In this document: in pieces, positions 17,522-26,736 of the stretch | How the letters are laid out: every line of letters starts with the position of its first letter | Numbering within the stretch: the first letter of the stretch is position 1 | Assembly: GCA_038065255.1 (NCBI GenBank) | Contig: JBBTRI010000006.1 | Coordinates: 9,240 to 73,239 of the forward strand | DNA from: Patescibacteria group bacterium | GTDB lineage: Bacteria; Patescibacteriota; Patescibacteriia; JACQRZ01 | Reading direction: 5' to 3' | DNA: 64,000 nt | Program-made: the position numbers and the translations under genes | The notes under the pieces: generated by a model | Seen by the model: the letters and a program-made list of their open reading frames with translations, nothing else | Database searches by the model: none | Told to the model about the DNA's origin: nothing

Positions 17522-20098
17522 ATGGTATACAATAAGAGTATGAATACCCTATCAAACAATACAAAGGTGTTTGATGCTTTTTCTTGTTCGCGCACCACTG
17601 TTCATACTCTGATGCGGAATATGAGCTCATCAGTGCATGGACTTTCTGTACTTAAGGCAGAAAAGCTGTTGCATATATACGGACACAATGAAATAGCACA
17701 AGGGGCACATAGGACGTGGTATGGGCATTTGGGTACTATTATTCGTGATCCGCTCAATGCGCTCCTTGGAGCATTGAGTGCCATATCCTACGGTACCGGC
17801 AGCAACGAGAGTGCTGTCATTATTGGCGTAATGGTGATACTGAGTATTAGTATGCGTTTTGTTCAAGAACATAGAGCTGACCGTGCGGAAGAGAAGCTCA
17901 AGCGCATGGTGAGCGCTCATACTCGTGTACTGCGAAATGGAAAAGAAAAAACTATCCATCTTAAAAATGTTGTTCCGGGAGATATTATTCTTTTGTCGGC
18001 GGGGGATCTTATTCCCGCTGATGTGCGTGTTATTGCTGCCAACGATCTAGCGGTTGATCAGTCCATTCTCACGGGCGAGTCATTGCCTGTTGAGAAAAAC
18101 CAAGAAGATATACATACTAATAGCTCCCAAGCAATTGAAGCGGCGAACCTCTGTTTTATGGGTAGTTATGTCCAGAATGGTTCCGGACGCGCCGTTGTTT
18201 ATGCTACCGGCATGCATACCTATTTCGGTTCTTTGGCGAAGAAAGTCCTTGAGCAACCGAGCGCAAACGATTTTGAACTATGGGTAAAGCATTTTACCAA
18301 GCTCATGGTGCGTATCATGCTTGTTGTTGCTCCGCTTGTATTTGTGATCAATGGTTTTGGGAAGGGGGATTGGTTTGAAGCATCTCTTTTTGCTTTGGCA
18401 GTTGCAGTAGGACTGACGCCGGAAATGCTGCCAATGATCATGACGATCAATCTTGGCAAGGGAGCGATCGATATGTCGCACAAAAAAGTCATTGTCAAAC
18501 AACTTGATGCCATTCAATCATTCGGATCCATGAATATATTATGTACCGACAAAACGGGAACGCTGACGCAAAACAAAATCGTTTTGGAAAAACATTGCGA
18601 TGTGGATGGCAAGGAGTCTGAAGATGTGTTGTTTTTTGCGTATGTAAATAGCTTTTTTCAAACTGGCTTAAAAAATCTGCTAGATAAAGCAATCTTGAGC
18701 CATGAACATATTTCCTTGAAGGGATATAAAAAAATAGATGAAATCCCTTTTGATTTTGTACGGCGCATGATGTCGGTGATTGTTCAAAAGGGGAAGAAGC
18801 GCATTCTAATTTCTAAAGGTGCACCGGAAGAAGTATTTCAACGCTGTACTCACTATGAACTCAATGGAGCGTTGTATCCATTGAATCATACTCTTACACC
18901 ACGACTCAAAAAAGAGTTTGATGTTCTTGGTAATGACGGATTTCGGATTATCGCATTGGGGTACAAAGAAGTACCCATAGCAAAAAAAGAGTTTACGCGT
19001 GATGATGAAAAGAATCTTACACTCTTGGGTTACCTTGCTTTTTTTGATCCTCCGAAAACAAGCGCAAAAGAAACAATTTCTGATCTTGCTCAACTTGGCA
19101 TTGAAGTCAAAGTACTCACGGGAGATAATGCGCTTGTTACTCAGAAAATCTGCCGTGAAGTTGGATTGGCTGTGCGCGGCATACTCTGTGGATCCGATAT
19201 AGAAGCACTAAGTGATGGCGAACTCGAAAAAAAGTGTGAACAGGTGAATATATTTGCGCGTATTTCCCCGCTCGATAAAGAACGTATTATCCGAGTGCTG
19301 CGGCAAGCTGGTAATGTGGTCAATTATCTCGGCGATGGCATTAATGATGCTCCGGCGCTTCGTGCCGCAGATGTTGGTATTTCAGTCGATTCCGCCGCTG
19401 ATATCGCAAAAGAATCCGCAGATATCATTCTGTTGGAAAAAAATCTTACTGTTCTTAAAGATGGCGTCATTGAGGGGCGCAAGATTTTTGCCAATATTAT
19501 CAAGTACATTAAAATGTCAGCAAGTTCAAATTTCGGTAATATTGTAAGTATCGTCGGCGGCAGTTTGTTTTTGCCATTCCTTCCCATGCTGCCTGTGCAA
19601 ATACTTCTCAATAATCTTCTCTATGATATTTCCCAAACTACACTGCCAACCGATACAGTTGACCCCGATATACTGGCGAGTCCGCAAAAGTGGGATGTTC
19701 GAGCAATTAAACGATTTATATTTTGCATAGGTCCCATCAGTTCATTGTTTGACTATCTTACGTTTTGCCTCATGTTATTTGTCTTTCAGGCATGGACAAA
19801 TCCAGCCCTTTTTCACACAGGATGGTTTGTGGAATCGCTTCTTTCACAGACGCTTATTATCCACGTTATTCGCACCAAAAAAATTCCATTTATTCAAAGC
19901 AATGCAAGCCTTCCCGTTATACTTACAACGATTGCCGTCGTCATAATTGGCATAGGACTGCCGTTTTCTCCGTATGCGTCGGCGCTTGGTTTTACGCCAC
20001 TGCCGGGGGCATATTGGATGTATATTGGCGCGATGCTTGTTGTGTATGGCATTATTACTCAAGGGGTTAAGGTATGGTTTTACCGCCGATATGCTTAA
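17522..20098 (+). CDS. P-type ATPase, MgtA-like (type IIIB Mg2+ transporter family)
   Basis: DKTGTLTQNK phosphorylation site, GDGINDAPALR, TGES, 10 TM segments. Confidence 0.85.
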   Translation: MVYNKSMNTLSNNTKVFDAFSCSRTTVHTLMRNMSSSVHGLSVLKAEKLLHIYGHNEIAQGAHRTWYGHLGTIIRDPLNALLGALSAISYGTGSNESAVIIGVMVILSISMRFVQEHRADRAEEKLKRMVSAHTRVLRNGKEKTIHLKNVVPGDIILLSAGDLIPADVRVIAANDLAVDQSILTGESLPVEKNQEDIHTNSSQAIEAANLCFMGSYVQNGSGRAVVYATGMHTYFGSLAKKVLEQPSANDFELWVKHFTKLMVRIMLVVAPLVFVINGFGKGDWFEASLFALAVAVGLTPEMLPMIMTINLGKGAIDMSHKKVIVKQLDAIQSFGSMNILCTDKTGTLTQNKIVLEKHCDVDGKESEDVLFFAYVNSFFQTGLKNLLDKAILSHEHISLKGYKKIDEIPFDFVRRMMSVIVQKGKKRILISKGAPEEVFQRCTHYELNGALYPLNHTLTPRLKKEFDVLGNDGFRIIALGYKEVPIAKKEFTRDDEKNLTLLGYLAFFDPPKTSAKETISDLAQLGIEVKVLTGDNALVTQKICREVGLAVRGILCGSDIEALSDGELEKKCEQVNIFARISPLDKERIIRVLRQAGNVVNYLGDGINDAPALRAADVGISVDSAADIAKESADIILLEKNLTVLKDGVIEGRKIFANIIKYIKMSASSNFGNIVSIVGGSLFLPFLPMLPVQILLNNLLYDISQTTLPTDTVDPDILASPQKWDVRAIKRFIFCIGPISSLFDYLTFCLMLFVFQAWTNPALFHTGWFVESLLSQTLIIHVIRTKKIPFIQSNASLPVILTTIAVVIIGIGLPFSPYASALGFTPLPGAYWMYIGAMLVVYGIITQGVKVWFYRRYA

Positions 20099-21431
20099 CG
20101 ACCGGAGAATAAGCCACCTTTTTTATAAAAGCGTAATAGGCACACTTATTATTGCTGCATTTCCGCTCTATGCTCAAGAAGCCCCACGAAGTTCCGATGT
20201 TGAAGAACTACAAACAGCATTACATACTATCGAGCGGCAGATTGTCGCGTATGAGAAAAATCTTTCGATCACCAAGAGGCAGCGTGTGGCTATTGGAAGC
20301 TTGTTGGAAACGCTTAAGGCGCAACGCATTAGCTTGCAGGAACAGATACGCCTCAGCGAACGTTCACGCGATGCCCTTCAAGACCGCATAGATGCGGTGA
20401 TTACTGACATCGATGCGCAGGAGCAAAGGGTGGAAAAAGCGCGAAAAGAACTTTCAGAACTTCTGCATATGCTTCGGCAGAACGCGAGTCGCTCATCGTT
20501 TGAGTCATTTGTTGTTCATGCGTCCCTTTCGGCCTATCTTGATGAGCAAGAGCAAACACTTCTTCTTTTGCGCATTCTTCATCTTCGGTATCTTTCGTTT
20601 AAAACCATACTTTTTGAATTGAACCAGAAAAAAAATGAACTGGATTCATATGTTAGAGAACTTGAGCATACGTTAAAAAAGAAAAGCATTCAGCAAGGAC
20701 AAGTTGACCAAAATTCTCGATTGCAAACGGTGCTATTGTCAAAGACAAAAGAAAAAGAAAAAACCACAGCACAACAATTGAGCGAGTCAAAGAAAAAAGC
20801 GCGAGCAATACGTGGCAGGATCTATGAACTGTTCAATGTCGGCAAACAGATTAATTTCGGTGCTGCGTATGAGATGGCACAGTGGGTCGGCAGTCAATAT
20901 CACATCCGACCCGCCTATCTTCTTGCTGTTCTGACACAGGAATCAAACTTGGGTAAAAATGTCGGTACCTGTAATCGCGCAACTGATCCGCCGGAAAAAC
21001 ATTGGAAGGTTATTATGAAGCCAACACGGGACCATAAACCTTTTTTGCAGATTACCAAAGAGCTTGGCCTTGATCCGGATACAACCCCCGTATCGTGTCC
21101 CATGATCCGGAACGGAAAACAGATTGGGTGGGGCGGCGCCATGGGTCCCGCACAATTTATTCCGTCAACATGGATGGGATATCGAGATAAGGTACGAACC
21201 GTCACAGGAGGCGCCGCTAATCCATGGAATATTCGTGATGCATTTATTGCTGCAGCAATTAAGCTAAGCAGTGATGGTGCACGCAATTCCGAGCAGAGTG
21301 AATTCAATGCAGCATTGCGTTATTTTTCCGGATCGGTCAATTTGACATATCGGTTTTATGGCGATAATGTACTTGCAATCGCAGAGCGGTATGAACAAGA
21401 CATTAAGCAGCTGGAAGCGTTACCTAATTAG
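20091..21431 (+). CDS. Secreted coiled-coil protein with C-terminal lytic transglycosylase (SLT_2/MltB-like) domain
   Basis: TQESNLGKNVGTCNRA ... GPAQFIPSTW; the start was moved to the ATG after the ATPase stop, because the track ORF overlaps the ATPase gene. Confidence 0.6.
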   Translation: MLNDRRISHLFYKSVIGTLIIAAFPLYAQEAPRSSDVEELQTALHTIERQIVAYEKNLSITKRQRVAIGSLLETLKAQRISLQEQIRLSERSRDALQDRIDAVITDIDAQEQRVEKARKELSELLHMLRQNASRSSFESFVVHASLSAYLDEQEQTLLLLRILHLRYLSFKTILFELNQKKNELDSYVRELEHTLKKKSIQQGQVDQNSRLQTVLLSKTKEKEKTTAQQLSESKKKARAIRGRIYELFNVGKQINFGAAYEMAQWVGSQYHIRPAYLLAVLTQESNLGKNVGTCNRATDPPEKHWKVIMKPTRDHKPFLQITKELGLDPDTTPVSCPMIRNGKQIGWGGAMGPAQFIPSTWMGYRDKVRTVTGGAANPWNIRDAFIAAAIKLSSDGARNSEQSEFNAALRYFSGSVNLTYRFYGDNVLAIAERYEQDIKQLEALPN

Positions 21432-21478
21432 TATTTTTTGAAAGAAATCCAATCCATATTTATAGTACCTATAGGTAT

Positions 21479-22237
21479 ATGCTTCATGATATAAAAAAAA
21501 TACTTACACTTGCATTTGGCATTATCCTTATTGGCATTGGAGCATTTCTTTTTTTGACGCGCTTTTCTGAGGAAACTCCCGGCATATCAACCAATCAGAG
21601 CGTTTCTTCAAATATTCAAGAGATAATCCGGAAGGAAGATACTCCTGTGTCGGCAGAGCAAAAGCCCACTCAATCGCAGAGTGAGCAAGCGCGTACTACT
21701 CGCTTCGTAATTGTTGGCAGTGCTTCGGAGGCATCGTTTACGATTAATGAAGTTCTTCGAGGCACGCCATTTACTGTTGTTGGGAAAACTCATGAAGTAG
21801 GAGGGAACGTTGACGTTGACTTCAGTAATCCATCTCAGACGAAAATAGGTGCGATCAGCATCAATGCTCAGGCATTTCGCACAGACAGTGCAAATAGAGA
21901 TGGCGCCATTAAGAGCTTCATACTCCATTCCGAGGATGCTGGCAAGGAATCGGTTACATTCACACCCACAACAATTACTGGTCTTCCGAAAGCTTTCGCT
22001 GCAGGCATCCCGCTTAATCTCACTATTGCCGGCAATCTCACTATTGCCGGTGTGACGAAACAAGTAGTGTTTAATGCTTTCAATGTCTTTGTATCGCCTG
22101 AATCTCTCACAGGTGATGCTCAAAGTACTATCAAACGATCGGATTACGGGCTGAGTATTCCGAATATCCCATTTGTGGCAAATGTTTCGGATGAGCTTAC
22201 TATTGCCCTCCGCTTGGAAGCGCAAGCAGGAAAATAA
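21479..22237 (+). CDS. YceI-like family protein (membrane-anchored)
   Basis: N-terminal TM helix; SFTINEVLRGTPFTVVGKTHEVGGNVDVDF YceI-type beta-barrel pattern. Confidence 0.5.
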   Translation: MLHDIKKILTLAFGIILIGIGAFLFLTRFSEETPGISTNQSVSSNIQEIIRKEDTPVSAEQKPTQSQSEQARTTRFVIVGSASEASFTINEVLRGTPFTVVGKTHEVGGNVDVDFSNPSQTKIGAISINAQAFRTDSANRDGAIKSFILHSEDAGKESVTFTPTTITGLPKAFAAGIPLNLTIAGNLTIAGVTKQVVFNAFNVFVSPESLTGDAQSTIKRSDYGLSIPNIPFVANVSDELTIALRLEAQAGK

Positions 22238-22256
22238 TTTTTTTAAGTACCTGTAT

Positions 22257-24311
22257 ATGATTCAATCCAATCATACCCATTGGTTTGTCCGACATACATT
22301 CATTACAGTTTTTGGAATCCTTGTGCTAGTAGGAGGAGCTTTTTTCTTGTACGGCATATTTTCAAAAAATAAAGAGCCGGCGCATTATAGCCTTTCATTA
22401 CTGAAACGGGGAACCATCATATCTTCGGTTACAGGAAGTGGTCATGTTTCCGCATCAAATCAGTTTGATGTTAAAAGCATGGTAAGCGGTACGATTATTA
22501 GTATTGATGTTTCAAATGGGAAGCATGTACAAGAAGGGGCGGTACTAGTACGTCTTGACAATAAAGATGCTGCTAAGGTTGTTCGGGATGCTCAGGTAAG
22601 TCTTCAGTCATCTGAACTTGCGCTCAAAAAAATAAAACAACCTCCCGATCGTCTTGCAGTACTTCAGGCAGAGAATGCTCTTACACAAAGCAAGAATGCA
22701 AAACAGCGTGCGGCAGAAGATCTTGATTCTGCTCGCATTGCCTTGCAAAAAATGATCCAACCCCCTGATGAACTTGCCTTATTGCAGGCTAACAATGCTC
22801 TTATATCTGCGCAGGAATCGCTACTAAAGACCAAAGACGATCTGAAAAAATCCCGCGAAGATGGTTTTAATGCTGTAGCAGACGCATTTTTAAACTTTCC
22901 AACAATCATGACTGGCTTGAATGACATGTTTTTTGTCAGCTCCATCGATCGCAATCAACTTAATGTTGATTGGTATGCAAACCAAATAACTCGATGGGAT
23001 TCAGATAAAGTTATTCGATATAAGCAAGATCTTGTTACCGGTTATGCGGCGGCTAAAAAAGAATATGATACAAACTTCGATCACTATAAAACATCATCCC
23101 GTTCGTCAGATCCTCAAACACTCGAAGCGCTTATTATCGAAACATACGAGACAAGCAAATTGATATCCGATACAGTGAAGGCTGCAAATAACTTTGTTGA
23201 TCTGATTCAAAATGCATTGAAGGAGCATAGCTATCCGCTGCCATCAGTCATGGCGACCCATAAAAATACACTGACAACATATACCAGCCAATCCAATATT
23301 AGCTCATCGAATCTTTTGGCGATTAAACAGGATATCGAATCAAAAAAGACATCGATTATAAGTGCCCAAAGGACCATTGATGATAAAACGGAAAGTTTGA
23401 GAAAACTTAAGGAAGGAGCCGACCCGCTGGATATCCAGGCGCAAAAAATTACTATTAAGCAAAGAGAAGATGCTATTTTTGATGCTGACCGTGCGATAGT
23501 AGAAAAAACGGAAAGTTTGAGAAAACTTAAGGAAGGAGCCGACCCGCTGGATATCCAGGCGCAAGAACTTACCGTTATCCAGCGCAAGAATACTCTTGTC
23601 GATGCACAGGAGAAACTTGGAGATTATACGATTCGAGCTCCGTTCAGTGGCGATATTGCCGCTCTACCGGTAAAAACCAATGATTCGCTCTCACCGTCAA
23701 GCATTGCGATAACGCTTATTACCAGCCAGAGTATTGTAGAACTTTCTCTCAACGAGGTTGATGTTGCAAAAGTCAAACGTTCTCAAAAAGTAACACTTAC
23801 GTTTGATGCACTCCCTGATGTAGCCATAAGTGGCAGCATTTCCGACATAGACACGGTTGGCACCGTGTCCCAAGGAGTCGTTACGTATATCGTAAAAGTT
23901 TCTCTTGATATACAGGATGAACGAGTGAAGCCGGGTATGAGCGCAAGTGGAACGATTATTATTGATATTCGTCAAGATGTTCTTGTGGCGCCGAACAGCG
24001 CTCTGAAAAGCCGCGGGGATGCATCGTATATTCTTGTGCCATCAGAATCTGTTCCACCAGATCGATCACAGCTCAATAATATCATACTCGCATCTGAACC
24101 GAGGGAAGCATTGGTTATAACAGGAGGAGCAAATGATACACTCACAGAAATTATTTCCGGGTTGAAAGAAGGCGATATGATAATTGTAAAAACCATTCAG
24201 CAACAATCACAACCGGTTCAATCACAGGCTCCCAGTATCTTTGGTTCGCCCGGGGGGAGTCGAGGGTTTGGCGGCGGCAGTTCCGGTGCGGCAGGAAGGC
24301 TTGGCAGATAA
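22257..24311 (+). CDS. HlyD/MacA-like periplasmic adaptor (membrane fusion protein) with long coiled coil and Gly-rich C-terminus
   Basis: N-terminal TM helix, VLVRLDNKDAAKVV, C-terminal DYTIRAPFSGDIAALPV beta-barrel motif; directly upstream of the ABC ATPase and FtsX permease. Confidence 0.7.
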   Translation: MIQSNHTHWFVRHTFITVFGILVLVGGAFFLYGIFSKNKEPAHYSLSLLKRGTIISSVTGSGHVSASNQFDVKSMVSGTIISIDVSNGKHVQEGAVLVRLDNKDAAKVVRDAQVSLQSSELALKKIKQPPDRLAVLQAENALTQSKNAKQRAAEDLDSARIALQKMIQPPDELALLQANNALISAQESLLKTKDDLKKSREDGFNAVADAFLNFPTIMTGLNDMFFVSSIDRNQLNVDWYANQITRWDSDKVIRYKQDLVTGYAAAKKEYDTNFDHYKTSSRSSDPQTLEALIIETYETSKLISDTVKAANNFVDLIQNALKEHSYPLPSVMATHKNTLTTYTSQSNISSSNLLAIKQDIESKKTSIISAQRTIDDKTESLRKLKEGADPLDIQAQKITIKQREDAIFDADRAIVEKTESLRKLKEGADPLDIQAQELTVIQRKNTLVDAQEKLGDYTIRAPFSGDIAALPVKTNDSLSPSSIAITLITSQSIVELSLNEVDVAKVKRSQKVTLTFDALPDVAISGSISDIDTVGTVSQGVVTYIVKVSLDIQDERVKPGMSASGTIIIDIRQDVLVAPNSALKSRGDASYILVPSESVPPDRSQLNNIILASEPREALVITGGANDTLTEIISGLKEGDMIIVKTIQQQSQPVQSQAPSIFGSPGGSRGFGGGSSGAAGRLGR
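23382..23564 (+). repeat. Two copies of a near-identical 60-bp segment spaced 120 bp apart (in-frame 40-aa repeat) within the adaptor gene
   Basis: aaaacggaaagtttgagaaaacttaaggaaggagccgacccgctggatatccaggcgcaa occurs at about 23385 and about 23505. Confidence 0.75.
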
Positions 24312-24313
24312 GT

Positions 24314-25033
24314 TTGCATATGATTGATCTGAAGAACATTTCAAAAACCTATACAACAGGGTCAGTTGAGTTGCAAGCACTCAAGGAAGTAAGCTTTTCC
24401 GTGAAGTCGGGAGAGTTTATTGCTATTATGGGGCCGTCAGGTTCCGGCAAGTCGACTCTCATGCAAATCATCGGAGCGCTTGATACGCCAACAAGCGGCA
24501 CATACTATCTTGAGGGAAGGGATGTTTCATCTCTTAATGAAGACGAGCTTGCGGATATTCGGCGAGAAAAAATCGGGTTTATTTTTCAGGCATTTAATCT
24601 TTTGCCGCGAACAACCGTATTGAGAAACGTCATGCTTCCTTTGGTCTATTCCGGAATACAGCATTCGCAGCGGATTATCAGGGCGAAAGCCGCTCTTGCA
24701 GCAGCCGGACTTGACGAAGGACACTATCATCATCTTTCAAACCAGCTTTCCGGAGGCCAGATTCAACGCGTTGCGATTGCGCGCGCCCTTATCAACAATC
24801 CATCGATTATTCTTGCAGATGAACCAACAGGCAATCTTGATTCGGCGACGGGAGAAATTGTTCTCGAAACATTCCAGCGTCTTAATAAAGAGCAGGGGAG
24901 AACGATCATACTTATCACCCATGAACGGTATGTTGCAGAACATGCCGAACGCATTCTCTTTATCAAAGACGGCATGCTTTGTGAGGATACCACGAATCAT
25001 AATCGTATCATAAAGGACTATGAGCATTCTTGA
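24314..25033 (+). CDS. ABC transporter ATP-binding protein (MacB/LolD/FtsE-like)
   Basis: Walker A GPSGSGKST, signature LSGGQIQRVAIARAL, Walker B ILADEPTGNLD. Confidence 0.85.
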   Translation: MHMIDLKNISKTYTTGSVELQALKEVSFSVKSGEFIAIMGPSGSGKSTLMQIIGALDTPTSGTYYLEGRDVSSLNEDELADIRREKIGFIFQAFNLLPRTTVLRNVMLPLVYSGIQHSQRIIRAKAALAAAGLDEGHYHHLSNQLSGGQIQRVAIARALINNPSIILADEPTGNLDSATGEIVLETFQRLNKEQGRTIILITHERYVAEHAERILFIKDGMLCEDTTNHNRIIKDYEHS

Positions 25034-26231
25034 TCTTTTAGAAGAAACAGTAAGCGCTCTATTATCCAATAAGGTTCGTTCCAGCCTTACTGTTTTGGGT
25101 ATTGTGATTGGAATTAGCTCCGTTATTGTGATGGTGTCGATAGGGCAGGGGGCGCAAAATGCAATTAAATCGAGTATTGAAGGTTTGGGATCGAATTTGT
25201 TAATGGTTATGCCAGGCATTGTGCAACCCGGAAGAGGGATTGTATCTGCCGGAAGAGGTTCTGCGCAAACACTCAAAAATATGGATACGGAGTTGTTAGA
25301 AAACATAGATGGTATTGCCGGTATTTCAGCTGAGCTGTCGAGAAGATTCCAGGTAAGCGCTCCGACGGGGAATAATACAAATACAACCATCATGGGATCT
25401 CAAGCATCATATACGACTGTCCACAACCTTATACTTTCTGATGGGTCATTTATAACCGATGCACAGGTGCGAAGTATGGGGCGCCAAGCAATTCTGGGTG
25501 CTACTGTCGCAAAGGATTTGTTTGGTGAATCAAACATGATTGGCAAGACAATTAGAATCGGCCAGTCGCTTTTTACGGTTGTCGGTACGCTTGCGAGTAA
25601 GGGTGGCGCAGGATTTTCCGGCCCTGACGATATGATATTCGTACCGGTTTCTACCATGCAAAAGGTATTAAGCGGAACGGATTATCTCTCATCGATTGCC
25701 ATAAGCGTTAAAGATAAGAACAGTATCGAGACAGTGCGAAGCGCGGTGAATGATGCATTGCTGGCATCCCATCGAATTGCTGATCCTGATTTTTCCATCA
25801 TCTCTCAAGAGGATGTTTTGGGAACACTCACGCAGGTGGTGAATACCTTCACATTATTTCTCGCATCGATTGCAAGTATCTCGCTTCTTGTCGGCGGTAT
25901 TGGTATTATGAATATGATGTTGACGAATGTTACGGAGCGCACCAAAGAAATCGGATTGCGTAAAGCAATCGGTGCGAGGCGCAAAGATATCACTCTTCAG
26001 TTTTTGAGTGAAGCCGTTTGTTTGACGCTTATCGGAGGATGTATCGGCATTGCTCTGGGTGTTGGAATATCGCTTTTGATAACATCAATCGGTGTGTTGC
26101 AGACGCATATCTCTCTTCCTTCCATTGCGCTTGCCTTTGGCGTGTCTGCGGGCATAGGCATTGTGTTTGGGTATTATCCGGCACGTCGAGCTTCAGCCCT
26201 CAATCCAATCCAGGCGTTACGCTATGAATAA
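25020..26231 (+). CDS. ABC transporter permease, FtsX/MacB-type
   Basis: N-terminal TM helix, large periplasmic domain, C-terminal 3-TM FtsX domain. Confidence 0.8.
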   Translation: MSILDLLEETVSALLSNKVRSSLTVLGIVIGISSVIVMVSIGQGAQNAIKSSIEGLGSNLLMVMPGIVQPGRGIVSAGRGSAQTLKNMDTELLENIDGIAGISAELSRRFQVSAPTGNNTNTTIMGSQASYTTVHNLILSDGSFITDAQVRSMGRQAILGATVAKDLFGESNMIGKTIRIGQSLFTVVGTLASKGGAGFSGPDDMIFVPVSTMQKVLSGTDYLSSIAISVKDKNSIETVRSAVNDALLASHRIADPDFSIISQEDVLGTLTQVVNTFTLFLASIASISLLVGGIGIMNMMLTNVTERTKEIGLRKAIGARRKDITLQFLSEAVCLTLIGGCIGIALGVGISLLITSIGVLQTHISLPSIALAFGVSAGIGIVFGYYPARRASALNPIQALRYE

Positions 26232-26249
26232 GTATTAATTTTATAAGAT

Positions 26250-26681
26250 ATGAAAAAAGTTATCGTAGGAATTATTGTTATTATTATTGTCGGTTCAGGT
26301 TCCTTTTATGGTGGGATGACGTACGCAAAGAAGAACCCACAACAGCGACCTAGTGGAGTAAACACCAGACTTCAAAACGCTGGTCAAAATGGAGTTTTGG
26401 GCGGTATGCGCGGAAATGGCGCCGGCGGTTTTGTGAACGGGGAAATTTTGTCAAAAGATGATAAAAGCATAATCGTAAAACTTCGAAACGGAGGATCAAA
26501 AATAGTCTTTATGTCCGCAGCGACAAAAGTCACAAAATCAGTGGAAGGATCATTTGCTGATATTACAATCGGAGAACAAGTAATGGTTTCCGGCGAGGAC
26601 AACAGCGACGGCAGCATGACAGCGCAATCGATTCAAATACGCCCCGATCAAGCCACATTCCAGCAGCGCCAGCGCCAATAG
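26250..26681 (+). CDS. Small secreted Gly/Asn-rich hypothetical protein
   Basis: Signal/anchor MKKVIVGIIVIIIVGSG; immediately downstream of the efflux operon. Confidence 0.45.
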   Translation: MKKVIVGIIVIIIVGSGSFYGGMTYAKKNPQQRPSGVNTRLQNAGQNGVLGGMRGNGAGGFVNGEILSKDDKSIIVKLRNGGSKIVFMSAATKVTKSVEGSFADITIGEQVMVSGEDNSDGSMTAQSIQIRPDQATFQQRQRQ

Positions 26682-26736
26682 AAGACTAGTTACCTGATTC
26701 ACACTTGCAATGGAAGCGAATATGCTGTAGACTGTT

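Noticed and set aside
22173-22256. Upstream extension of the HlyD-like ORF overlapping the YceI-like gene
   Set aside because: The extension overlaps the preceding gene by 65 nt. The internal ATG at 22257 immediately precedes the TM anchor and is the more plausible start.
24737-25393. 218-aa minus-strand ORF spanning the ABC ATPase/permease junction
   Set aside because: It is antisense to two strongly supported ABC genes with clear Walker and FtsX motifs.
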